A stretch of 64,000 bases of DNA from Antedon mediterranea (Eukaryota > Animalia > Echinodermata), in contig NC_092679.1 in the NCBI RefSeq assembly GCF_964355755.1, positions 24,900,432 through 24,964,431 of the forward strand, written 5' to 3'. The number at the start of each line of letters is the position of its first letter. Within the stretch, counting starts at the first letter, position 1. This document shows positions 38,218-50,199 of this stretch, in pieces. The notes beneath the pieces are model-generated. The model was not told the origin of the DNA and did no database searches. It saw nothing but the letters and a program-made list of their open reading frames with translations. A program made the translations under genes and the position numbers.

Positions 38218-39095
38218 AGGACAACTTTACCGAGAACCATATTTTGACAACGTATTAGGTATGTACATATGATTTTACAACAATTGCGAGATTTACGACA
38301 TCGCCGCGCAACCTCGCCCTAGAGCCGGCCGTGTCGATGTCGTCGCCGTAAATTGTTGTGACGTCAGTGTGTGCTTAGCAAAATTTAAGAGAGTAGCTAG
38401 AAACATGACGTATGATGCTTTGGAATCATTCAAACATATCGCACTCAAAACTTTTTTTTGGTGAATAAAGACGATGATGATTGTATTTATTTATTTATTT
38501 CAACAATATTGCACTATGGTTGGTAATCCACCGGCCTAACTCTTGTATTCAAATACGATGGTGACTAAATTATAAAAGTTTATGAAGTTAGGCGTTCATA
38601 AACGGCGGACATAATTTATCAGACCGACTAGATATCTGGTTAGTAGTGTAGCTAGCCTAGGATGCTAGGCATCTATAGGCGCCCTACCTAGTACTAGTGT
38701 TATAAGTTCTTTGGTACTAGTATTAGGCATATCTAGTATTATACCATGGAGTAAATTTTTACTCCATGATTATACCAACATCAGCACAAACCGACGACTC
38801 GTCGCGTCGCGTGTGTCACCATCCACACACCACACACAAAAAGGAGGAGAGGAAAGTTTTGAGTGCGATATGGTTGAGTGATTCCACACGTCATCACATA
38901 CGTCATACTGCTGCCACACACGTAGTCAAGACCAAGGTAGATTTTGCTAAGCACACTAATCTTGACGTCACATTAATTTACGGCGACGGCGGCTGTACGG
39001 CGAGCGTACGTGCGCGGTGATATCGAAAATCTCACAATTGTTCTGAAATCATATAGAATACATTGTCAAAATATGGTTCTCGGTAAAGTTGTCCT
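38218..39095. mobile_element. Kolobok-like MITE
   Basis: TTAA on both sides with AG...CT termini. TIR aggacaactttaccgagaaccatattttgacaa is perfect for about 33 bp and imperfect to about 140 bp. A related right-end fragment lies at about 49996-50128. Confidence 0.8.
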
Positions 39096-39251
39096 TTAAT
39101 TTTCAACACCATTTATTTGTCCAACAGTAGGGAGTTGGCGGACAGACAAAAAAAACTGAACTCGACTCCTACATTTTACACTTTCAAAATAAAAAATTTG
39201 ACAAAAAAATTTTCCACATTCATGACAGAAATATTAATTATTTCTGCACCC

Positions 39252-39336
39252 GCGCCCTCTGGCGGTGGTGGTTAGCGCTCTATACGTTGATGATGAGCTG
39301 AGGATCGGACCGTTTGACCCTCATGAATATGCAAAT
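39252..39336. promoter_or_regulatory. Candidate CTCF site plus octamer/POU motif upstream of galectin
   Basis: gcgccctctggcgg (reverse complement CCGCCAGAGGGCGC) at 39252-39265 and atgaatATGCAAAT at 39323-39336. Motif match only. Confidence 0.4.
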
Positions 39337-39524
39337 TACCTCTGCTTATGTATATAATTACCTTGAGTGTTTACTTTACTTTCCATCCTTCTTCCGGGTA
39401 CAGAGTACCTGGTACGCGGCATTATTATAATAAGTGGTGTTTTGGCCAATGCACGTTGATTTAGACAGGTAGGTGATATTAGTACTAGTAGGTACCGTGC
39501 TTTAGTTTCAGGTAAGACTAAAGC

Positions 39525-41833
39525 GGCGCTAATGCAGTTTCGTACCCACCCCTTAAAATTACTCAAAATCTTCATCCAACCTACTCACGAGTTGTCTACA
39601 ACACCCTGCAATCATAAAATTGTAAAAAATCGAACATTTTTTATTTCAAACTATTTTTAATCAATTAATACTGAGCACCCTTCGGAAATACATCGCCAGC
39701 TTAGCTTCGCGAAAATCATCGCTAGGCCTGCCGATAAAAGTACGGAGGCCTCATAGGGCATTAACTCTATTAATAGAGTAAACAGTTGCTTTCTATAGAG
39801 GGCGTAGTTATTAATGTTTAATGCACGCACCAAATTAGTCTGGGTTCCAGACGGAGTTTTTATTTGTCTTAATATTAGTTAAAAGATAAATATTTTGGCA
39901 CAGATGGCGTTTCATACGTATACTACTTGATTTTGGATACTCCGTCTGGGGAAACACGCACAAGTCACGTGGTTTGACACCAAGAATTCTTGGTGCATAC
40001 GATTATCCGGTTGACTAGTTTCAGCTGCATGCGATTGGCTACTCACTCGTACACCGTGTAAATATTCATATTTCAGAATTTTAAAGACTCAACAACTAAG
40101 ATGATGCGCATGCGCTATGTTACGTTTAGACAATGTGTACTTGGGTACATTTATGAAAGTTCTGAAGGCTAGAAATTATTTTATATGCCTAGTACTAGTA
40201 GTCTGGTCTGGTAAACATTTGATGGGATCTTTGAAACATGAAAACTCGTCTTGATATATGATAGGCTAGCTTCTCCGCAAATCAAACATTGAATGGATCA
40301 TTTATTACGCGGAGATAATTTTGATTTAATTCCCACCGAGACCCCGTCCTGTTCTGTGTGGTGGTGTAGCCCTGTTGTGTGCCGGTGGTATGTAATGTAA
40401 GCCTACTTCATTGGCGTTTTATTTGGCAGGTCATACACGCGAGTTGAGTAGGACCTACGAAAGAGGCCTAGGCCAAGGACTAAACAATTAATAAACAAAA
40501 CAACTTGGCATTACTATTTTATATTTCAACAGTCTCGATCGTACATTAAGCACTGGTAGGCCTACGTACTCGATCTCTTTCATTTTTAAACAAAATGATC
40601 ATTGGTTGATTCGAAATCCATATTTACATACCGCCCGCCCCATATAGCCAAATACGGTATGATAACCTACGTCATTCTTATCGTATGTTTGCGGTCTGCA
40701 AATCGATTTCTATACGTGTTTCACAAGTCTGTATTTTCAGAAATAAAAACAAATAAATAAAAAAAAAAGATAATATACAGACTTGGGGCAAGTCTAGCAC
40801 CAAATATAATTTTCATTATTTCCGACATTCGTTTCGTATTTTTAATAAAGAAATACTATACAATTGCTGTATTCATCATTGTGGGTGTCATGTTTTTAAT
40901 TTGTTCTTTCATTTTACTAGTATAATTTCACACAGAAAAGAAGATAAATATGGAACTGCTGACTCTTGAAGATATAAGTTTGACCAATTTTCCTCTGTTT
41001 TAGTTTATTTTACATTATGGTTTGTAGGTCAAATAAATAAATGAAATGAATAAAAAGAATTACAGTACTTCATTCCTGAGTTACATTGTTAATGTTATAA
41101 CACAATAATCAAGCTATGACAAATTAATTGTTTTAGTAATGTTATCACTAGCTGTTAGGTCTACTAGAAACGCTAATGGTTTCCCTGTTTTAAGATTTTA
41201 TAGAAGTATATTATTGTTAATTAACATTTTTTATTCACCTATGAAAGACCTCTTCAAATACATGGAAATAGGAAATGCAACAAAAACAGAAAGATATAAT
41301 TTATTGAAATGTAATGTACAGTAATACAATAATTATAATAAAAATGTTTTCCATCAATTAATTACTAGAATTTATTTTACTTCTGCTGACACTGAATACA
41401 TCATTTCATGTCTTCCATTTCTTCTTTTTTATCTTCTTTCCTGTTGTGTTTATTAAAATAAAATCAAATAAAACATTAAATAATGAAGCAACTATTCATT
41501 AACTTAAAATCCGTTTCACGAGGAACATGTAAAAAATATTTTATTATCGCCATAATATGACCATAACAGCGTCCTCTATATATCGATGCCCTATGAGGCC
41601 TCCGTACTTTCATCGGCAGGCCTAGCGCTGATTTTCGCGAAGCTAAGCTGGCGATGGATTTCTGAAGGATGCTCAATTATTAATTGATTAAAAATAGTTA
41701 TAAATAAGAAATTATCGATATTTTAACATTTTATGCTTGCTGAATGTTGTAGACAACTCGTGAGTAGGTTAGATGAAGTATTGAAACCATTTCGAGTAAT
41801 TTTAAGGGGTGGGTACGAAACTGCATTAGCGCC
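39525..41833. mobile_element. Non-autonomous DNA transposon with about 260-bp TIRs and 8-bp TSD (Merlin- or Mutator-like)
   Basis: TSD actaaagc at 39517-39524 and 41834-41841. TIR starts ggcgctaatgcagtttcgtacccacccc. Confidence 0.85.
39835..40345 (+). repeat. About 500-bp dispersed repeat; second copy at about 51134-51570
   Basis: ttagtctgggttccagacggagtttt...gatttaattcccacc occurs at both loci with high similarity. Confidence 0.85.
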
Positions 41834-42411
41834 ACTAAAGCCTAGGTAGGCCTATTATTTTTTTATTTTTTTTGCCCAGACAACATATAATATTTTCTAG
41901 GCTAATAAGGCCTCTCACTCCTAGACCTAGCAGTTACAAGTAATTTCGGTCGCGTTTACAGTTATTTGCGGTCGCGTTTTAAGTCGATCGCGTATATGGC
42001 ATGCCGATGTACGTACCTACTATGTATATTTATGCGCGACATGATTGGTACAAATGGTAGATACTAAAAAAATCTTTTGTTTTGTGCAACTAAACCACAC
42101 AATAGGCTTCCATTGATGCAACAAGGGACGGATAAATTAAATTCATCATGAATGCGATATGTTGGTGTACCCAAGGGCCAATATATCATTATTAATGTTG
42201 TGGAAAAAATATAAAATAAATATTCACTAGGGCCTATACCATATTCGAATAAACGCCCTGATGTGAATAAACGCTGTAATTTTAAAAACATGCAAAACTT
42301 ACACATATCCAAAATTTCCTCCCTGATGAAATGCTGCTTCACAGTATAGTTAAAATACAATTAAGATTTTAAAATCCATATTAAAATATGTTTTTTTTTT
42401 GCAGATAAAAA

Positions 42412-45400
42412 ATGGCATTTTATCCGACAGCAGGTCAGCAGTTCCCTATTGTGAACCCGGTAAAAAATGATTTTTTTTTCAATTTCTGCACTTATCTTTA
42501 TTTACTTTATTCATTTTATTCATTTGATATATATGTCAACAAAACATGGGAAGCAACAAGAATCATAGTTTGTGGCAATTACCATAATATATTGTCATTT
42601 TTACATTTTACTATTCTATGAAGACCTACTGTCTACAAATATGGTCTAGACATACAGACCTTTCCAAAATCAAAACGTTTTTAAAGGTTCTGTGTTTGCA
42701 GGCAGGGTTATGTTGATATAAAAATAACAATTTGAAAAACGCCATTACACAGTACATAAAAAGTCAATAGTGGGATTGTTAGTTTAAGCATTTTGGAAAA
42801 TGAAGGAAAATGTGTTTAAAAACATGTGCAAAATATTGTAAAATCAGTGCTTAACCACGATTGATTACATTACAACCAAATACTACACATTAATGGCAAA
42901 TATTATATTTCATAAATTTCCCTGATTAACACACTTGAAAATGCTTACTTGAAAATAAATATTTCAAAGAATTGCTGATTTATGTAGAGCCTTTGAATAT
43001 TTAATCCCATTCCCTGCAATGTGTACACTAGTATTTATCATTTTATAGCCTGTTCCATATATTGGCAACATTCAAGGACAAATGGTTCCCAACAAAATGA
43101 TATTCATCCAAGGAGTTGTACCTCATGGAGCAGATAGGTAGGTACACTGTATTTCTTTTATTGTTTATTATCACGTAATATTTGGGCATTTTCAGCTCAC
43201 CATGTAGCTGTAATTTACTGGTTTTACCATCAACTCCAAACTAAAATAAGAACACTTTTAATGTGCATCCAGTTCATATTGGTCTATTAAAGACAATTTG
43301 TGATGTTTTGTAATAATACGTACAGATACGAATTTTGAAATTGAAATAGTAGATCTAAATTTTTTAGTGCCTCAAAACATGGTATAAGTATACCACATAT
43401 ACCATCATTATTCTGTAATAACCCATTCGAATAAAGGTTTTACTTTTATTTGATAGATTTCATATAAACTTGCAGTGTGGTACAAGTACCAGTCCACGTG
43501 CAGATATTGCCATGCATTTTAACCCAAGATTTCAAGCCCAAAAAGTTGTGCGTAACTCCTTAGTTCGCCAAGGCTGGGGCAAGGAAGAAAATCATGGAAG
43601 CTATTTTCCATTTGCTCATGGACAACACTTTCAAGTTATTATCTTATGTGAGCCACACCAATTTAAGGTAATGTATCTTTATACAGTAGTATATCGTATA
43701 GATATTCAGGGCTCGATTTATCTTTTTCATGTTGCTAGCCCACTGGGCTAGTTCACTGTAGATTTCACTAGCCCATACATTATTTTACTAGCCCACTCTT
43801 ATTATCGCACCGTGATAGCAGGGCCGCCATATAAATGAATTCAGGCATTTTGTACAATAGAGGGCGCACTAATCTAAACGCTCGAGAATTGCTACACATT
43901 TACATACAAACTGTATTAAACTATTATTGCATGAAAAATTACACAAAATTGTATTTCTTTATTGTTCACATCCCGGTTCACATAAAAATTAACTGGCGCT
44001 ACTGCAGTTTCACACCACACCGTTATATCTTCGATTTCTCACCTAAATTTTTCTTTTTCACACTCACAACATAATATTATGTAACATGTTTATACGATTC
44101 GACCACTTACGAAGTAATTTTTTTTAAATAACAATACTTTTCAAAACATTTTAAACAATACTGAACTCGATGTCAACACACTGCGAAATGTTCGCCATCT
44201 TATATTTATCACTTAATTGCCAGAATGTATGCTTCATTTTCCCCAAAAAATGTAGAAACTATAGAGGCCAGTGTAATAAAATCCGATTACACATATATAG
44301 GCCTAGGCCTATTTAGTTTTGAAAGGCAAGAAATATTTTCAGCTGGCGAAAGAGAGGTTTAATTAATATTTCATTATTAATATTAGTATTATTATTCATG
44401 TTAATAGGTCCTATCAATGTTTTATGTAGACTCATATCGTCGCCGTTTTGATATGTACAGTGAGCTAGCTGGTTCTTTATAAAAACCACTCTTTGCAGTT
44501 TAAAAATAAAAACAGAAAATAAAACATGCATTGATTTATGGCAATTTTCTGATTCTAAAATGGCCACAGTTCGATCGAGGAAATAGAGCTGTTTTGAAAG
44601 GCATTTTTTATTGTGATAAAGGTAAATATAACGGTGGCTAAATCATGGAAACATGTTACATAATGGCCCAAAATTGTATGATGTGGGTGTGAGAAAAAAA
44701 TTAAGCGATAAATCGAAGATTTAACAGTGTGGTGCGAAACTGCAGTAGCGCCAATTAACTTTGCGTTGCGACGCATAGTCTATTTCATGCTCAACATATT
44801 CACAGAATCGATTTATTGAGGTCTTTTTGTTGTTGGGCTTCAACCTAGCCAAGAAAACTAATTAGATTCTGTCTACCTTAGGCTAGAGGCCTAGGCCTAG
44901 AGCCTATTATTTTAGTACTACTAAAATAATAGGCTCTAGGGAGTATTAGTAGGGTAGCTAGGATAGACCTACCTACTAGATCGCATTGGAGCACCTGGCC
45001 TACTGTACCAAAATGGTACTATAGGCCTAGCTAGGCCTAGGTAGTATCTAGCTAGGCCTAGCTGCTGCTGAGCAGCCATCACGATGCCAAACGATGGCTT
45101 TTGATTCTATCTAGGCCTCCTACGCATATTATAAAATATGGCCTCCATGGCCTACCTACGGGATATGACCGATTGGGCCGCCGACAAGTTGAGCCGCCGG
45201 TGATTTCTATCAGGTTTCTATGAAACGCCCAGTGCATGCGTCTTTTACGACATTTCGCGTAGTGATTAGGATGGTGTCCTAGTACATAAGTTCATGGTCT
45301 TGGTTTATTGTGTCATGAAAATAAATAATATATAGGCTTAATTACATATTACAATTAACAACACAGCAAAGGAAAGTAGTAATATTTAATTGTTTTTAAT

Positions 45401-48224
45401 CTTTCGAGGAAAAAATTCAGTGCACTCATAATTGTTCTCGCGTGTAGGCCTACCACGTAAAGTCACGTTGTCTCTCAGGACTAATTAATGGGGTATTAAC
45501 ATTCTTCGAATGAGGTTAAATAAATATTATTTTTTATTTACTAATCTTTTAATATCATATTTTATTGAATTTTACAATGTTAATACACAAAATATTTTAC
45601 TAAAAAACGTGATTTTATGTAATTATTTTACCGAAAAATGGAGTAGGCCTAGTTCATACAACTGCCGACTGAGAGGCAACATGTTTACGTCATTTTTGGC
45701 TAAAAACGATCACTTTCGGTGATGTTTTTTAATATTTTGGAATCTACAAGCCAGATTTTCATAATTATTAATTATAATATTTAATAATATATATACTAAA
45801 AACCATGATATATACATGGAGCTATAATTATAATCTAATTTTATAGCTCCATGATATATAAACTTTTGAATGTACATCGTTATCTCTAATATAAATAGAA
45901 CGAGCACCGGCGAAAGTTAGCATTTGGCGTTCCATAGAAAATAACGTTTTTCTGGCGGCGGCTCAACTTGTCGGCGGCTCAACTTGGCCTAATCCCTACC
46001 TACAGGGATAGAGCCAGCCACCCGGCCCTACAAAATATCCCTAGCTTTGATCTGTGATGACAACCAGGCCTGATGACAAGACTAGACAAATTATTTTTAA
46101 CATTGGCAAAATTCTACTACATTTGGCCAATCACAGTTCGTTATTTATGGTCATATTTTTGTGACATGTTTGACCTGATAATGAAGCTCCGCCTACTTCA
46201 CAATAACCTGGGTGACAAAAACATAAATGGCCAATCATAATTCGGGAAATTTGTTTGATTATGAGAGGCTCCGCCTACATCATCACTTGTTATGGCCACA
46301 GCAGCAGCGCGCCAGTGGTTTTTTTTTTATGATGTTGCCAAGACATATATGTCTTTTATGCTGGAGTTATTTTTATGAGGTCATTTCGTCCCAATTTCGA
46401 GTTCCCACAACCTACTAGCCATCCGGGCTTAAAGGAAGATACTTTAGGTAGCCCGGAGCTGTTTTTACTAGCCATTGTACGCCGGGCTAGCACTAAATCG
46501 AGCCCTGATATTGTTAGCTGCTTTTTATTACAGTATATGTATCTATCAATTTTGGAGAAGAAACATAAAGCCCATACTAAAATTCATCCACATTAGTAGT
46601 GGATTTATACCTACATGATTGTGTAGGTGGTACTGAATAAAATAGTATTATGCTATGTCATGATAACTATTAATTGAAATAATCTAATACTGGTATTATA
46701 TAAAAGTTAGTGTATGATTTTCAGGTTGCAGTGAATGGACAGCATTTTGTTGAATACAAACACAGAATTGAACAACTAAACCGTATCAATACACTTGCTG
46801 TTGATGGCAAAGTACAGCTTTATTCAATCAGATACAGTGGTGGTGAGCCGCAGGTAAGCATACAAATGTTTATCACTATGTTTACATATCAAACTTGCTT
46901 TATTGTGATAAGCAACTATATAAAGAAGCCAAAGTAAACAGTTTCAATTTTAATCAAGCAAACTAATGTATCTGTGTTTTTTTAGGTTGCAGGAGGACCA
47001 ATTTTTAATCCTGTAAGTTTCTCAAAAATATTGATAAGTAATTCATATGTAATGATGATAATTTATATAATAATAACTCATCAGGGAAGAAGGCATCATA
47101 GATTAAAGTATGTTTTGCAATATACACTACACTAAGGAATAACCTATAGTGCTATCGTACATGGCATACAACTCCACCAGATTAGTGTATGATTTTGACC
47201 CATGTACCTACATTTTCGAATCTCATCCAACGATTCTTCTTCAGCCCTAATAGGCTACCTTAATGCTTTTAATTATACATTATATAGCTACTACATTAAT
47301 ACTTGCCTGTATTTTAATTTTGTACCTTCTTTCCTCTACTAGCCGGTACCATTTACTGGAGGTATCCAAGGAGCAATGACACCAGGTCGCCTTGTGTTTG
47401 TTTCTGGCATTGTGAAACCTGGTGCAGATAGGTTAGTTATAGCATTCTGGAAAACTGAAAATAACTTTTAAATCTGAAATATTGTGTCTACTTTGATCAA
47501 ATCAATAAAAAAAATTAGATGCCTATTTAAACTTCATATTCGTAACAAATCAGACACATAGGACCTTTTAAAGCCTAGAATTCTAAGGCTTTGTATGAAT
47601 TTGTCAAAGCCGAAATGCAGATTAAAGCTACAGTTCCACAAAAAATATCACTGAAGATGCCATTTCAATTTGAGTAACAATTATTAAAATATTTAAATTA
47701 AATGTGTTTTATTTATTAGGTTCCATATAAACTTGCAGTGTGGTCCAGAGGGTAGAGGCCCTCGTCCAAATATTGCTCTTCATTTCAACCCTCGTTTTAA
47801 AGCTCGTACAATTGTTGTCAATGCCCTTTCAAACCAGAAGTGGGGAGGAGAAGAAAAACATGCTCAATTCTTTCCATTTATTGAAAATGGATTCTTTGAG
47901 GTATTTCTTTATTTATGTTTTAAGTTAGAGTTTTATAGTATTTCTATTTATTCTATTCATCCATTGCAATTTTGGCTGTGACACTTTTAGTAAAGGGAAG
48001 TTATTTCTGTTTGTTTTATTTATGTTTTTGTTATGCTCCTCATTTAGTATAATGTAATAAGAGTTTAATTTTTTTAGGTGATCATCTTATGCCAGAATGA
48101 TGCTTTTCGTGTAGCTGTGAATGGTCAGCATCTCTTGGAATTTAAGCATAGAATTCCATTCCACACTGTGAACACTTTGATGGTAGCTGGAGCTGTTACT
48201 GTCACTCAAATCAGATTCCAGTAA
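42412..48224 (+). CDS. Tandem-repeat (two-CRD) galectin, galectin-4/8/9-like, about 306 aa
   Basis: join(42412..42459,43049..43137,43457..43667,46725..46853,46986..47012,47343..47431,47720..47900,48078..48224), GT-AG with consistent phases. CRD1 has HFNPRF..VRNS..WGKEEN and CRD2 has HFNPRF..VVNA..WGGEEK. Both have VAVNGQH..E(Y/F)KHRI. Confidence 0.95.
43995..44752. mobile_element. MITE with 8-bp TSD, same terminal motif as 39525-41833
   Basis: TSD aattaact on both sides. TIR ggcgctactgcagtttc(a/g)caccacac extends to about 45 bp. Confidence 0.85.
45160..45996. mobile_element. MITE with imperfect TIRs and 7-9 bp TSD (Mutator-like?)
   Basis: Flanks are (c)tacctac on both sides. TIR core gccgccgacaagttgagccgcc / ggcggctcaacttgtcggcggc. 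Confidence 0.7.
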
Positions 48225-49046
48225 TTTGGCAGAAAAAACTGCACATTATTTTAGAGTATTCTTGATTTTTGTAGCTTTAAAGCAGCATATGTTAATATAG
48301 TGATAGTTTTATAATTAGAGTGCAACTCTATAATGTTGATTTTTATGTGATTATAATTTTTAAAATGTAATTTTATGAAGATATATATTGTTATTGTATA
48401 TTCAAATTCTCTTTATTACCTGTATAATACATATAACAACTAAATACTAACAACCTACATATCAACAAAAGCAATTGAAAGAATTGTAGACAGGTTTAAT
48501 TTTTCATTCCATATGTTCCATTCCAATCATTTTGATTTTTTTTAAATATTTGATACATTTTATAAAACAAAAAATAACCAAGCAATCAATTATTGTTTAG
48601 TTAAACTTGTAATACTATGGAGTAGATAATAATTTTTAAGAATAATGTGGCATTACATATTATTACTAAGGCCTAGGAATGTTGTTCGGCTGTGCTGTTG
48701 ACATAATTCAAAGTAGGTGTGTTATAAAACAAATAATTTCATGAGGTGAAAGATGAAATGTCATATTATGTTTTCACTTGGCTTTGTACCTCAGGAAAAT
48801 ATATTTTGTTTTGCATTCATGAAGTTATTTGCCCTATTGCACTCATAAACATTAATTATTTGTATACTAGACTAAATAGTAATTTGTATAACTTTACTAA
48901 TAATAGTCTGATCATGGTATGTTTGAATAAATAAATGAGTACAGTACACAGAATTCTATAGATTGGAACAAAGCTATGGTCTTATTTATAAGGAGAGGTT
49001 TTTTAACCTTAATCAAGAACTCTCTGTTATATATATATATACAATT

Positions 49047-49331
49047 ATGATTTTAAGCCTGATTTAGGGATTTCCATGGTTATAAGCTTGTGGGAATTTA
49101 CATGATTTAAGCCTGATTTAAGGATTTCCATAGTTATAAGCTTGTGGGAATTTACATGATTTAAGCCTGATTTAGGGATTTCCATGGTTATAAGCTTGTG
49201 GGAATTTACATGATTTAAGCCTGATTTAGGGATTTCCATGGTTATAAGCTTGTGGGAATTTAAATGATTTAAGCCTGATTTAGAGATTTCCATGGTTATA
49301 AGCTTCTGGGAATTTACATGATTTAAGCCTT
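49047..49331 (+). repeat. 54-bp minisatellite, about 5.3 copies
   Basis: Unit atgatttaagcctgatttagggatttccatggttataagcttgtgggaatttac. Confidence 0.92.
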
Positions 49332-49573
49332 TGGGAATTTCCAAAGTTTAATTTGTTCTTTTCTCTTGATATTTCTTTCAACTTCCATTAAAAAAAACTT
49401 TCTTTGCTTTATGGAAACTTGTCACTAACAATTACACCCCAACCTGCATTCATAATAAATATAGTGCAAAGTGTTTCCTCAAAATACCAGTTTAAACATT
49501 TTGGTAAATATATGCCTAATACAGGTCAAATTAGCAATTGATGTGACGGTAGCTATATCTTGTATGTTAAAAA

Positions 49574-49961
49574 CGGTTCTAGGACACCTACCCCCTAGAC
49601 AGTTAACCCCGGATGTTTACCACCCGGACAACTACCCCCTTAGGACAACTACCCGGACAATACAGGGGGAGTATTGTGTCAGAGGTAGTTGTCCGCGGAG
49701 TAATTACCCGGGGGAAGGGGGGTAATTGTCCGGGGGTGATTGTTCCTAGGGGTAATTGTTCCTAGGGGTAGTTGTCCTAAGGGGGTTGTTGTCCTAAGGG
49801 GGTTGTTGTCCTAAGGGGGTTGTTGTCCTAAGTGGGTTGTTGTCCTAAGTGGGTAGTTGTCCGGGGATATTTGTCCTAAAGGGTTAGTTGTCCTAAGGGG
49901 GTAGTTGTCCAGGTGGTGGTTGTCCGGGGGTAAATGTCCAGGGGGTGAATATCCGGATACG
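49574..49961. mobile_element. Foldback-like MITE with arms of tandem subrepeats and 8-bp TSD
   Basis: gttaaaaa lies on both sides. The left arm has ggacaactaccc repeats and the right arm has gggtagttgtcc repeats. Confidence 0.75.
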
Positions 49962-50199
49962 GTTAAAAACTAATGAGGTAGACTTTGCCATGCACTTGTG
50001 ACGTCACAGCAATTTACGGCGACGGCAGTACGGCGAGCACGTGTCGTGTTGCGATATCCTAAATCTCGCGATTGTTCTGAAATCATACATCCCTAATTAA
50101 TAAGTGGTTAAAATATGTTGGCCTTTAAATATTAGATTAGATTATTTTTGGGGCCCAAAACCACCATCGAATTTTTCAACGTGGTGGCGCCCTTTCCAA

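Larger units (their letters stand above)
43707..46507. mobile_element. hAT-like non-autonomous TIR element filling galectin intron 3, with nested elements
   Basis: TIR cagggctcgattta / taaatcgagccctg with subterminal ctagcc repeats. Only a 5-bp flanking match (atatt) is seen, so the superfamily is uncertain. Confidence 0.65.

Noticed and set aside
44897-44939. 43-bp palindrome as another P-type footprint
   Set aside because: No flanking target duplication is visible.
49045-49344. 99-aa repetitive ORF on the minus strand
   Set aside because: Translation of the 54-bp minisatellite, with no splice or domain support.
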